From Epiperipatus broadwayi (taxonomy: Eukaryota > Animalia > Onychophora): a stretch of DNA of 64,000 nt. The position numbers and the translations under genes are program-made. Numbering within the stretch: the stretch's first letter is position 1; each line of letters opens with the position of its first letter. A model generated the notes under the pieces. It was given only the letters and a program-made list of their open reading frames with translations. It did no database searches and was not told where the DNA came from. This document shows, in pieces, positions 27,351 to 40,250 of this stretch. The DNA lies in the NCBI GenBank assembly GCA_028023455.1, contig JAQFVV010000010.1, forward strand, positions 13,888,001 through 13,952,000. The letters are read 5' to 3'.

Positions 27351-29586
27351 ATATCCAAAATAGGCTGGATTTCATTAAGTTTATAAAAGTTTTTCCAATA
27401 TCTTCTCATATATTCTGGCTTAGTTGGGTTTTTTTTTCAAATACTTGCTGCAGTCCTGTCAAAAACCATTTTGTGACAAATTTATAGTAGGTCTCTTTAT
27501 TTTGAACTTATGATCCAATTTAGTTCATTTTCTTGGTTTAAACATTTTTTAGTAAAACATCCATTGTAGGAATAAATTTATAATGATATAGCTTCATCAC
27601 CTTCTGAAAATTCATTTTATTTTTTATTTTATTTTGTAGCCGTAACATTTTTTTAAAAATTCATTCAGATCCATCTTTCCAGTAATACTTCCAGATATCT
27701 TACAAAAAAAGTAAAAAAAAAAATTAACCTAATTATCTTTCAACATAAGGATTGATTTTCTAAAGTTTGCATTTTCCAAATTTTCAACTAAAACACGTGG
27801 AGATGTATTACCTCTCTTAAGATAAAAATGGGAGGCAGTGTCCTTCTATACATTAAATCTATGTATTGTAATGGTTGCATGATGGTTTTGCATGTATAAT
27901 AATTTTTATGTACAATGTATGTTAACTTCTATTTTAACCCTCTATGCATATTTCTCTTTCAAAATTTGGATTAACTATTTAAAATTCAAGACATATATTT
28001 TAATTATGTTAGATTTGATATAATGTGATCACTGTATGATTCAATAAATCAAATATCTGACTTAATTTAATTTTCTTTAAATATTCCAATGTACTTATTT
28101 TATTTATCCCATAAACACAGTGAACTTTCAATCTACAATTATGCATGCATCCACGATCTAATTTCTTTGGATCATAAATACCATAAAGATGTTTTTTAAT
28201 CCATTATTTTCCAATTATTTTTTATGTTTATTGTTGATAAATCATAATCCCAATGCAAAATGTTTCGGCATGGATAAAAATGGATTAACACATATTTTAT
28301 AATTAGTTTGTTCAATATTGATTGGTATTACTACATATACATATGGAGACAGTAATGCCTCTTACATTTAATGCAGGAAATGAGTAACCTTGATTATGGT
28401 GTATGTGCTTAGACATTTAACATATTTTTTAAAAAAATAAGATATATATATACAGAAAAGTTCTGTATGTAAATGTTAAAATAAAGTCTAGATTGACTAA
28501 AATATTAATTGAACAAGTAATAATATTTTTGATATTTTAAAATAAATTATTTAAAAGTAAATAAAAAGTCTATTGATAAATAAATAAATTTATTTTTGAT
28601 TTTGGCAAAACTAAAACAGAATTATTAATTTTGTTGCAAACAATATTCTATGAAAAAGAAACTAAGAAAGCCATTTTAATGTAGATGTAAATTATAAAAG
28701 TTAATTATAGTGTATTCTGTAACAAAAGATAATTCAAAAAACAATTTTAATTAATAAATTATTGCTGTTCCAAATTAAAATAATGTAAACTTCTGTTGTT
28801 TTGATGAATATAAGAAAAAAAATTGTGTCAGAGGATTATGAAATATTTTTTATTAAATAAGAATTAAAAATACTTAACTTTATTCTTCTTGCTTATCCAT
28901 ATAAATAATCCTTACTAGTTTTAGAATGAATATGATGTACATATCAACTCAAAAGCTTGCAAAGTATAGTTCCTTTACTAGTGGGACTCCATACTAGCTG
29001 GGATATGTGGATGCACAAAATTCAGATTGATGGTAGTTTTATTGTTGACTATAAAGTCATTAAATTTAAACAATATAGCAGTTATATATGAGTTAAACAT
29101 CAACAATTGTTTTTTATTTAACCATCATATTTAAGATGTCTGTACTCTAAGCCAATCTACATATGAATACATACTTTTATTATAAAGGATGCCAATTTAT
29201 ATATGCACACAAGAAAATATGAAAGAAATAAAGGAGTGGCATATATATATATTGTGCATATAAAGATATTACATATATATATATATATATTGTGCATATA
29301 AAGATATTACATTATTTTTAATTTAAAGTTAATTCTTATAAGATGATTTTAGACATTTTCACAATTTCAATCAATCATAGGTTTTAACTCAAGCTAATGC
29401 ATAACTGGTAAGGATTATACATAGGTATATTATATCATTTTTTTCTTTATTTTAGCTTTCAAAAGATGTATGTACCTTTACAATAAAAAAATGGATTTAT
29501 TTTATTTATTTTTTCTAGAAAAATTTTAATTTTTATTTTTTAGCTTTCATGGAAACAAACCACTGTAAATTATTTTAAGCATTGAA

Positions 29587-29990
29587 ATGGATTCTGATTC
29601 CAATTGCACTTCAGATTTTGATTTCCCAATAGCCAATCCATTTGATTCAGAGATATTACTTTCTGGCAACTCATCTGATGAGTACTGTCCTAGTAATGAC
29701 TCAGAAAATGATGAAGTTACAATTCCTAAAAAGAAAAGACCAATGAAGGTACCTCTGTTTGCAAATGCTGCAGTAACTCCTGTGGTAAGACCATTTTCAT
29801 GACTGAACTTAGACCTGATTTTGACTGATAATGTTTACTAACCAAACATGCCAATTGCAAACTTTACCAAGTCTCCAGGCCTAAAGTTTTCTACCATTCA
29901 TGAGTATTCAATATTAGACTTATTGTTACTCTTTTTTTGCTAAAAAATTATATGACAAAATAAATTTAGAAAGTAGTAAGTATGCTATAG
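29587..29990 (+). pseudogene. Probable piggyBac-type transposase N-terminal remnant
   Basis: Acidic Ser/Asp-rich N-terminus (MDSDSN...SDSENDE), then interrupted PIANFTKSPG and ILDLLLLFFAKKLYDKINLESSKYA resembling the piggyBac F..pG and F.lFf...I..eTN.YA motifs; no TIR found. Confidence 0.5.
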
Positions 29991-31519
29991 AAGACAAATA
30001 TCTTTATTTTCATCATGCCATTTTGTATTCATTGCATATTAATTTTTTAAAAGGAATGTCTTTACTTTCATCAAACTACTTTTTATATATCATACATTAA
30101 TCTTTCAAGAGGAATGTCTTCACTTTTATCATGCCACCATGCTACTTTTTATCTTTAATCTTTATTACATTGCATACTATTTTTTTGCCATTGTTATTAA
30201 TAATTTGTTTGTTTTTATTTTGTAATAATAACAGATATGTAAACTTCCCTTGAATGAACAGTAATATATCTATATGTGCTGATATGCAATTAAAGGTGAT
30301 GCTTCTCATTTTAATTTCACCTTTAACTGTGTGTCGTACAAATAGATGTTTTATTTTATTTATGTGATTTATTTAGTTTTTATTCACTTTATCTTAAGAA
30401 TAATTTTTATTTGTTTGATATTTAATTTCCTGAATATACTTTTTTACCTGGATAGAATATTTTTTTAGTTACCCATTCCGCTCTTAATTTTTTCAATAAT
30501 ATAATAATGAATTATTTTTATTTATAGATAAATTATAATTTATTAAAAGTTCTCATTACATAATATTTGATATACGATACTTACTGGTAAATATTCTTTT
30601 TTTATAAATATTAGAAACATATATTTCAAGCAGATGCCCATATGCAATGAAAAATGATGGGTCAGCTAGTAAAAACAAAAGACAGTAGCATATATACTTT
30701 TCAATGCTTTACAGTTAAGAATTATATTAGATAAGTCATGTTATATATCATTTTATTAAAAATTTCAAGAAAAATGTTATGAAGCTGTTTATAAAGGTGT
30801 ACGTTTAAAATTTAATAATTTGTGAACTTATATAAAAATAAGAATTTTTAACAATGTTAAAATCTTACTTTTAAAAAAATGTTTTAAAAGTAATGATTAT
30901 ATTTTCTCAGATTTATTACATTCCTTGGTATTTTCTCTTTCTAAAAACATGTATCATAATAATATTAAAGTGTTCTAGTTGAAGATATTGTACAAATCAT
31001 ATCTGACCTTTTTTAAAAAAAAATTAATATGGTGGCTAGTGGAATTCTTCATGTTATTAAAGAAATGCTACATGAAATTATTATGATGGAAAAAATACCT
31101 TAGTCACATTTAAATTGCTTTAAAGAAAGAAAACCCATTTTCAATACTTATTTTAAGAGAGTGTTTACTTGAAAAGAATATTTTTAAATTTAAATAACAA
31201 AAAAAAAAAAAGTCAATTGATCATTTATTATTGTCATCATAATTTGCCAAGTCAGGAAAATAATTTTGAATAAATGAATTATTAATTAAAATAAACATTA
31301 GCTGACTAGTGTTAAGTAGATTTACTGTTTAAAACTAAATTGCAAGAATTCCAAAAAAGAATTTGAATTCATTGAAAAGACAAATTATTATTGTCATTAG
31401 AATCTATATGATTGTTGTCCAGTTAAAGAAATAGTAAGATTAATGTATATAAAAAGTTTTTCAAAATCAGTTTTATTTATAAAAGATTATTGTAATATTC
31501 AAATATTTGCCTATACTAA

Positions 31520-32875
31520 ACTTAATGTAATTAGAAGGAACATGAACTCACTTTCACGTTCACTACAACTATGCCCTCCATCTTATATAATTGATACACA
31601 TCAGCACATAGATATGACAAAGATAAGTGATGTTCAATACAAGTATTTTATGCTAAACCAGCATTCATCAGATCAGTGCTCAGTTTATATTAAAATAGCA
31701 AATCATCAAACTTTAATAGACAAGCTTCAATTTTCTCCATCCCCCAATTCTTCAGCCATCCATATTATTGAAAATCTGATGATAGAACACTTAAAGCCCT
31801 TGTTGATGCCAATATTATTGTCATACCCATGTTGATGTTAGTCACTCTGACCCCTCACATAAAGGAATTTAATATATCTATTTAAATACACAAAAGAGGG
31901 ATGGGCAGAATACAGGCTGCATATGTAATATTCAAATCTATTATCTATATTAAAGTTAATGGAATTAGACTTTCAAGCTCGCTACATTTATGCACTACAT
32001 CTTATACAGCTAATACACATGGCCAAATACATGTGAAAAAGATAAATGACCTTCAATATTCATATGTTGTGCTGAAGCAGCACATCAATTGGTCCAGATC
32101 ACAATTTCCCACACATATATGTAATCAGTGTTCAGTTTATACTAAGACAGAAAATCACCAAACTTTAATGGACAAGTTTAAATCTTCTCTACCCTCCACT
32201 CTTCAGCCATCCATATCATTGTAAAGTCTATAAAGGAATACTCAAATCCCTTGATGATGCCAGTATTATTGCCATATCCATGTTGACTTTAAGGCCCTCT
32301 GGCCCATAAGACCTTAATATGTCCATTTAAATATACAGAGAAGGGATACTCCCTTCTAATTACATTAAGTTTAGTATAGACAATATACTTATATTTTTAA
32401 ATTACATTGCCCATCCCTCTTGTGTATTTAAATGGACATATTAAATACCTATATGTGAGGGGTCAGAGTGACTTAAAGTCAACATGGGTATGACAATAAT
32501 ATTGGCATCAAGTACTATCAAAAGATTTACAAAATAATTTCTCATTTAAAATTTATCTTTAAATTTATTACCACATAAATACTTCAGAACTTATTTAATT
32601 GAATTATTATAGCATTCAATAAAAGAATAGCCTGTCCATTAAAGTATGAAGATTGGCTATCTTAATATAAGCAGGAACATTGATTGTATATATGCGTGGT
32701 GATGATAATCTGGACCAACTGATGAGTGCTGGTTTAGCATGAAATATGTATATTGGTGATTATTTATCTTTTCAACATGTGTGTGATCAAGTATATCAGC
32801 AGTACGAGATAGCATGGATAGTTGAGGTCATGTGAAAGTCTGAGTTCAAACCCCCTATATATTACCTATTGGAGT
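31520..32875. mobile_element. Family B cluster (locus B2): two minus-strand tandem units (~450-bp period), then plus-strand arms
   Basis: aaactttaat(a/g)gacaag at 31708 and 32160; inverted copies at 32405-32520 and 32630-32875; HHR at 32714-32757. Confidence 0.75.
32714..32757 (+). ncRNA. Type I hammerhead ribozyme motif (family B, best preserved)
   Basis: ACCAA CTGATGA GTGCT ggttt AGCAT GAAA TA tg TA TA TTGGT: 5-bp stem I, full core, 5-bp stem II, stem III, AUA triplet. Confidence 0.75.
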
Positions 32876-33052
32876 TCAGGTATGAAAAAGCCTGTACTGA
32901 AGACAAATTCATATATTAAAATATTGGTTTTTGTAAAATCTCTAGATTTTTCTTAATTAGTTTTCTTAGTGGCTTAGTCTGGGTTTTTTTCTTTTATTTC
33001 AACAAGAGGAAAATTTTCACCGATAGGATTAAAGAAAAATGATTGCTTAAAA

Positions 33053-35506
33053 CAATGGTTCTTATCTGAACAACCTTTCACAAGGTTTTTCCACAATCAG
33101 ATATGCCCACATAAAGTATCCAGTGTCATGTCATTATCTCACCAACTCCATTACATACATCCCATACAACTACAGTGTATGTGACAGGGTTAACACCATA
33201 AGGTACTTATACAGACCAGTCACATATATGTAGAGAGCAGCTATTGTGTTAAAAGCAGCTAATATGTTGAAGGCAGCAGTACTGAAAATAAAATGACACT
33301 TCATGAATTATAATTACTGGCTAAATTTAAAATCATCAACTACTGCAAAAAAATATCAGTAATATGGAATGCTGATCGTTTTTTTATATTCAGTTGTGGT
33401 TGATGTGAATACTGCCTCTTTATGATAGTAGTAGGTATGTAAAAAAAAACAGCACTGAGAATGGTAAATCATAGGATACTTTAATGAACTGTATTGACTG
33501 AACTATGCCATGTATCATCTTTTATATTATTAAAGTTATTGTTATATATTATTTTCATTAGCAAACCATCCCATGACAATGGATCATGTAAAGAAGAATG
33601 TTAAGAAAAGAATATAGTGAGGATTTTTTGCAGTATGGTTTTGCCTCAATAATTACAGCAGGAATTGAGAAATTGCAATGTGTTATTTGTTGTGAAGTTC
33701 TATCAGCCGAATCTATGAAGCTGAACAAACTAAAATACCATTTTGATAGCAAGCATCTGAGTTTTTCCGGCAGGGATACCAACTATTTTAGAAGCAAAGC
33801 TGATGGAATCGATGCTGGTGGCAAATACTACAAACAAAACATAGTAGCCATTGAAACTTCATATTTGGTGGCACTTAGAATTGCCAGAGCTATGAAACCT
33901 CACACCATTGCTGAGGATTTACTATTGTCAGCAGCCAAAGACATTGTTCGAGTTATGATCGGAAACAAATTTGTTATAAAATAGAGTGTAATTTCCTTAT
34001 CTAATGACACTGTTCACAGAAGAATAGATATGTCTGCTGATATTCTTGATCAGGTAATCAAGAAAATTAAATCTACACCACTTCCAATATTTAATATTTA
34101 GCTTGATGAATCTACAGATGTTGCAAATTGCTCACAGTTACTGGTTTATGTGAAGTATATTAATGATGGTGACTTTAAAGATGAGTTTCTTTTTTGCAAA
34201 CCTCTTGAAATAAAAACTACTGCACATGATGTATTTGACACAATTGGTTCATTTCTGAAAGAACATAAGATCTCATGGGAAGCAATGCTAGGTTGTTGAT
34301 CTGGATTTCAATGTTTTATACTGAATGAGTTACCAAAAGTCATTGGAATTTACTGTATGATTCATCACAAATATTAGCAACAAAGCTGCTTTCACAAGGG
34401 TTACACGAAGTAATGAAAAGCATCATAAGTTTGTGTCAATTTTATAAAAACGAGCCCTTTAAATAGTCAATTGTTTTTGCAACTGTGCAACAAGTTGGAT
34501 GCTCTGAACAATGCTCTGCTATTTCACACTGAAGTAAGATAGTTGTCAAGAGAAAAGGTTTTGAAATATGTTTTTGAGGTTCACAATGACAAAACGTTTT
34601 TTAATCAAAAGGCAAGACCACAGCTTGAAGCACATTTTGGTGACAAAAATGAACTGCAAAAAATAACTTACTTGGTTGACATCTTTGTCATCTTGAATGA
34701 GTTAAATTTATCACTACAATGACCAAATGCAACATGCCTCAATTTGTCTGAAAAGTTCTGATCATTCCAACACTTGCACATGCTTGCAGATGAAATTTCA
34801 TTGTATTTTCCAAATCTACCTGACATCCCATTTGCACTTGCCAGAGGCCCATTCACAGTCAAAGTTGAAGATGTTCCTGAGGAGTTTATTGAACTTATTA
34901 ATAAAAATGTGGTGAGAACTGATTTTTTTACAATGCCAGTTACAAAATTGTGGATCAAGTATTTCCAATTATATTCTGCCCTGTCTGAAAGTGTTCCGCC
35001 TTCTTCCATTTCCAACAATATATCTTTGTGAAACAAGTTTTTCCAGCTTATTGCTTATAAAGTCTAAATACAGAAGTAGAATTGTTGTGGAAGATGATCT
35101 GGGTTGTGCTCTTGCAAAGACTGACCAAGAATTTCTGATCTGATGAAAAAGAAGCAATCTCAACCTTCACACTGACCTTGGCTTTTTACGCATATTGTCA
35201 CAAAATGTAGCAATATAGTTTGCTGTCGTTATATTAAGACTTAAAAAAAATTTCATTTATTTAAAAAATAAATATTTCACAATATATAATTACATATTGT
35301 TTTTGTGATTAATCAGTATGCTTTAATTATGTTCAATTTGTAATAATGAAAATACATTCTACATATCAGATATTTGCATTACAATTCATAACCGTAGCAA
35401 AATTACAGTTATGAAATAGCAACAAAAATAATTTTAAGTTTGGGGTCAACACAACATAAGGAACTGTCTTAAAGGTTTGCAGCATTGGGAAGGTTGAGAA
35501 CCATTG
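33053..35506 (+). mobile_element. hAT (Buster/Charlie group) DNA transposon, decayed
   Basis: TIRs caatggttct...caacctt / aaggttgagaaccattg; 8-bp TSD gcttaaaa (33045-33052, 35507-35514). Confidence 0.92.
33598..35175 (+). pseudogene. hAT transposase pseudogene (ZBED5/ZBED8-like)
   Basis: BED finger CVICCEVL...KYHFDSKH; LDESTDV, YCMIH and EVR*LS motifs; multiple stops and frameshifts. Confidence 0.9.
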
Positions 35507-35970
35507 GCTTAAAACAAAGTCTTAACTTCATCAAAGATTAAAATAAAATAAAAACAAAACAAAAATGAACCTCTACTTAAAATTTCATTAATTTGAATTC
35601 CAATCAATTAAATAACAAAATACAAGAAAATTATTTAGATATATAAAAAAAATGTTTAAAAAAAAAACGGAAATTTTTGTTTTACATATATCACACACAT
35701 GCACATACATTAATTGTTCATGTGATATACTCCTATATTAACACATAACTATAATCTCTACTTAAATTTATGTATGTAATATAAAAATGACTATATTTAA
35801 TCTATTATAGCTATAGCATCTACAAATTGGTAGTTTTGAAAGAAGGTTTTGCTTTCTCCAGGAAGTCAATATATGTCAGCACATATAGTACATTTCATAT
35901 TCACTTCGCTCGACTACCAACAACAACAAAAAACACAATAAAAAAAAATTATACTTAGTCTATTACATTT

Positions 35971-37081
35971 TGGTACTTTGATATTATTCCTGCTATGATC
36001 TATTACTCTGGTAATGTATTATTCTAATTTCCCACTATGTTTAAAATAACACCCTAAGGAATGCGCAGACAAACTTAATCGATAAAATTTGTCCTTTTGT
36101 CCGCAGATCTTATGGAGGCATTATTTTAAACATATCACAATCTTAGAATAATATGGCACCATAAATAATACATATGTAATATGAAAGTTAAAATCTAAAA
36201 AAAATAATATAAACATATATTCATTATGGAAAAAAAAAAAAAAGATTATGATATTAAATAAAACAGGTACTTTTGAGTTGTGCCTTTTTATTACAACATT
36301 TTGTGTCATTGAGGCCATCCTTCTCCCTCCCGGCACAATATGGCATTTTGTGCCATCATATTCCACATATAATATGAAACTTCAAATCTAAAAAAATCCA
36401 ATACATATAATTTCCAATGACGGTAAGATATATTTATTATGGAAAAAGAGAGAAATATGAAAAAGAACCCTGAGACATTTTTTAAATGTCAAGTTATAAA
36501 AATTTTAGATTTCCATTAATTTTTTGATGTAAAAAAAATGGCAAACTGTAAGATAAAGTTGTACATTTATCTAAAATCAGTGAACTTTAACCTTGTATTT
36601 TAATTTATTTTTTTTTAAAAAAAAACATATATATAAAAAGTTTAACTTGTAAATGTATATAAATGTTTTGCATATGAAAAAAAGTCACAGTGATAGAACA
36701 AAATCTTGCAGGTCAGCATATTTTACAAATGGGTGATGTGTATATATGATAAAAAAAGACATGGATTGATTGTGCTAGGATTTGTTTGCCATGATATCAT
36801 TAATCATAAATTTTGAATAAATAGACATGGATTGGTCATGTCAGGATTTGTTTGCCATGACATCATGGATCATACATTTTAAATAAATAGACATGGATTG
36901 GTCATGTCAGGATTTGGTTGCCATGACATCATGGATCATACATTTTAAATAAATAGACATGGATTGGTCATGTCAGGATTTGGTTGCCATGACATCATGG
37001 ATCATAAATTTTAAATAAATATTATTGGATGAAAATGTCACCAGAGTAATACATCATAGCAGGAATAATATCAAAGTACCC
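35971..37081 (-). mobile_element. Family D TIR element (copy 2) with an internal 4 x 66-bp array
   Basis: Ends ggtactttgatattattcctgctatgatctattactctgg / ccagagtaatacatcatagcaggaataatatcaaagtacc; flanking direct repeat acattt (35965-35970, 37082-37087); 66-bp units start at 36758, 36824, 36890 and 36956. Confidence 0.7.
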
Positions 37082-38040
37082 ACATTTTAAGCTAGAAGAA
37101 AAATACAAAAAAAAGGCTTGATTTAAATTCAAAAAAAAAATAATTCACCTCTTTTTATTTTTTCCGTAAAGTCACCCTGGAAAATCTCACCATAAGGAAC
37201 ACTTTATTAAAGTTTCCCAATTTGTGCTTGAACTTTGCTGCTTTGCAAGAGTGCAATAGTTTATCTCTGCATGGTCAGTTTTAGCATATAGATGACTTCT
37301 TTGGTTATAACTCTATAACCTACTTTTTTCCTTCTTATTTTGTAATCCAATAGAATGTAATTTGCTATGAAGGAAAAATTTTAAACTTTTGACCTGGCAA
37401 ATCATATTCATGACACTAAATAAAACCAAATTCATGAGAGAGAGGAAGCAGAGAATGAATATATAAAAGGGTAATTGATATTTACATTGAATGGTTTACA
37501 TATTACACTTGTGTGATAAAGCAATTCATAAATCCTTTTTATTTATCCCATAGATGTTGTTGGCAATAAATCAATTGTTGTGTGCAGCACATTATTCCTC
37601 ATATTTTTCCTCCTGTCTGTTTTCCTGTTTTAAAGGTATGATGCCTTTATACTGGCAGTATAAGGTTTGGGTTGGTCAGCTCACATTTTATCTGGTGGTT
37701 TCTTTGGGATATCAAAGTCAATTGCAGTTTGTAACCCGACTTTCTTCAATGCTACATTTGTTGCTCAATCTTATTCCTAAGCTATACGACTGATCACTTA
37801 GTTCAATCAATTTTTTAATCTTATTTTATTTTAAGGCTACAGAGGTTTCAACTATCTTGGTATATAATCTCTTTTAGAGATGACCTTAATAACATCATTA
37901 TATAATTGTTAATTAGAGAAGATATTAATTAGTATTAAAGTTTATTGGCTTAACGTTTTCGAGGATCCATGCCTCATATTTATAGCCTTCATAAAATGTA
38001 TAATAAAATATGCAAATACAAATATTCAAATAAGCTAGTA

Positions 38041-40230
38041 TTACGTAGCCCATTTCTTCGAGATCTCGAAGCAAGTATCCTTTCTATTAATGGCATGGAT
38101 GTTTCCATTGATGTAAAATGCCTCCTTTATTTTTCTTTTGTGATCATTTGATTCTGAGCACAATATTATGGGATTGGCGGGTGTGAAGTTGTGTCCAGAT
38201 TGTTTAGCATGCTCCAAGAATACAGAGGATGTGTTGCTGTTTTTCTGAGCTCTGTTAAATGTGTAAATATGTTGACCCAGTCTAGTATTGATTGTAGCTT
38301 TCGTTTCACCATAATATATAGCATGGCATCCAGCCTGAGGGCAGGCAATAGAGTACACCACGTGTGGGGTGAACGATCGATCAATGCGGTCTTTAGAGTT
38401 GTTAAGCAATCTATTAGAATTAGGTGGAGTTCTAACTGCTATGTTAAATTTATCGTTTAATGCTTTCATTAGTTTGTTAGATATTTTAGGAATGTAGGGG
38501 ATTGTTATTCTAGGTAGTTTGGTGCGAGGTACATTATTGTTTATATTATTAAATTTTATGATTTTATTTTTAATAGCTTTGAATTTGAACCCTGCTGCTA
38601 ATAGATCTTTAATATAGTTGTTTATGTTTTCTTTCCTGTCTGCTTCATATTTACATAAATAAAAGTTTCTAAACAAAAATGCATTAAAGCCAGCAAATTT
38701 ATGCGATGCAGGTGAGTTAGAGTTAGGGTGGATACAGCTGCGAATTTCAAATGGTTTAACAATCATTTTGTAATCTATTAAGTGGCAATTTCTCGATAAA
38801 GAGAGGTCGAGATATTTAAGTTCTTTATTATTTTCATATGTGATGGTGAATGAAAGTTTGGTTAAGTTTTGTAAATCACGTAGTATATTTAAAGTATTAT
38901 CTTTAGAGGTTATGATAAAGATATCGTCTACATAACGAATATATGTAAAGTCTTGGTTGATATTGTGATATTTTGGAAGGATCGATAACTCGTATTTATT
39001 TAAATATATGCTAGATAAAACACCACTGATAGGAAGGCCCATGGACCATCCATCTTGCATTGTGTACCACTTGTTTTCAAAGAGTGTAAATATATGTGAA
39101 TCAAGCCATGACAGGAAAGCAATAATGAATTTAAATCTTTCACTAGGGCAATGTGCTCGCAGTAGCTCTTCGTGTACTATTTGGATAGATGCTTTTCGAT
39201 TAATTGATCCGTATAGTTCCTTCACATCCATTGTAGCCATAATTGAAGTCTGAGAGATTTGAGTATTTTTGATTTTGGAGATGAATTGGAGAGACGAGTT
39301 TATCGTGTATGAGCCAAAATTAAGGTAATCTATAAGTAATTGATTGATTAATTTGGCTGCTTCAAAATAATGCACACCACCGAAATCCATCATCAATCTA
39401 AGTGGTTCGCCTGTTTTATGTAGTTTTAAATTGGCAAACATTCGGGGGGGGGGGGGTCTAGTGGCAGAAGGGTAAATCCTGTAATATTCGGATTTAGTAA
39501 TCCCTTTATCCTTGAAAGTCCGAAGCACATTGTTAATAAATTTATCTCGATCTAGTTTAATATTAAAAGAGTTATCATGCACCAACTTTAATATTTTAAT
39601 TTGGTCGTGCATTTTATTTTTATAGTCTGTGTTATTTAGCACAACAAAACGATTGCCTTTGTCTTCTTTGAGACAAGTAATATTGTGTGTTTTGAAATAT
39701 TGTTTGGTATTTAATATACTTTTATTCCATGCTTTTCCTTCTTTATCAACCAAATTGTTATTTAATAGTTTAGATATATCGGTGATGGTAGCATCTCTTT
39801 GTATATTGTTAATGAGACTCGCTTCGATGTCTGCTATTAGTTCGAGTTTAGGAGATCTCCAACTTCCTCCTACATATTTCGGTCCGAAGGATAAAATTTT
39901 CTTGATTTCATATGGTGGTGTAATTGAAGTTTTGTTAACGAACGCGTCTGTATTAATCCTATGGCGATATTTGTTTTGCTTGATAAGCAAAAAATGTATT
40001 TTATTTTCAAATTTTGCTGTATGAAATCTCTCAATTTTATGCAGTTTATCTTGCATCCACTGGGGGATTAAGTAGTTCGCAGTCATTTTATTCCATCTGA
40101 TTGTTTGCTTTTTGAAAGCATCTCTACATCCATATGTTATATGCGCCAAAAGCTGTTTCTGCAATTCATTCTTAATTTTAAAATTATTGTATATTGTTCT
40201 ATTGATTTTAACCACACAACAATTGGGCAT
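38041..40230 (-). CDS. Penelope-like RT / GIY-YIG endonuclease polyprotein (~729 aa, uninterrupted)
   Basis: RT motifs TMDVKELYGSI, QDGWSMGLPIS, YIRYVDDIF; VVYSIACPQAGCHAIYYGET...H...EHAKQSGH GIY-YIG. The ORF-track start (40368) lies in the antisense of the other arm, so ATG 40230 (MPNCC) is the plausible start; 5' truncation is possible. Confidence 0.9.
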   Translation of the reverse strand: MPNCCVVKINRTIYNNFKIKNELQKQLLAHITYGCRDAFKKQTIRWNKMTANYLIPQWMQDKLHKIERFHTAKFENKIHFLLIKQNKYRHRINTDAFVNKTSITPPYEIKKILSFGPKYVGGSWRSPKLELIADIEASLINNIQRDATITDISKLLNNNLVDKEGKAWNKSILNTKQYFKTHNITCLKEDKGNRFVVLNNTDYKNKMHDQIKILKLVHDNSFNIKLDRDKFINNVLRTFKDKGITKSEYYRIYPSATRPPPPRMFANLKLHKTGEPLRLMMDFGGVHYFEAAKLINQLLIDYLNFGSYTINSSLQFISKIKNTQISQTSIMATMDVKELYGSINRKASIQIVHEELLRAHCPSERFKFIIAFLSWLDSHIFTLFENKWYTMQDGWSMGLPISGVLSSIYLNKYELSILPKYHNINQDFTYIRYVDDIFIITSKDNTLNILRDLQNLTKLSFTITYENNKELKYLDLSLSRNCHLIDYKMIVKPFEIRSCIHPNSNSPASHKFAGFNAFLFRNFYLCKYEADRKENINNYIKDLLAAGFKFKAIKNKIIKFNNINNNVPRTKLPRITIPYIPKISNKLMKALNDKFNIAVRTPPNSNRLLNNSKDRIDRSFTPHVVYSIACPQAGCHAIYYGETKATINTRLGQHIYTFNRAQKNSNTSSVFLEHAKQSGHNFTPANPIILCSESNDHKRKIKEAFYINGNIHAINRKDTCFEISKKWAT

Positions 40231-40250
40231 AATATTATAATCCTTGCATT

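Noticed and set aside
31443-32224. 130-aa and 107-aa ORFs similar to each other
   Set aside because: They lie on the antisense strand of tandem family B units; the similarity reflects the repeat, and no domain was recognised
36758-37021. Regular short repeats resembling a CRISPR array
   Set aside because: Whole 66-bp units repeat with no unique spacers, no cas genes, eukaryotic context
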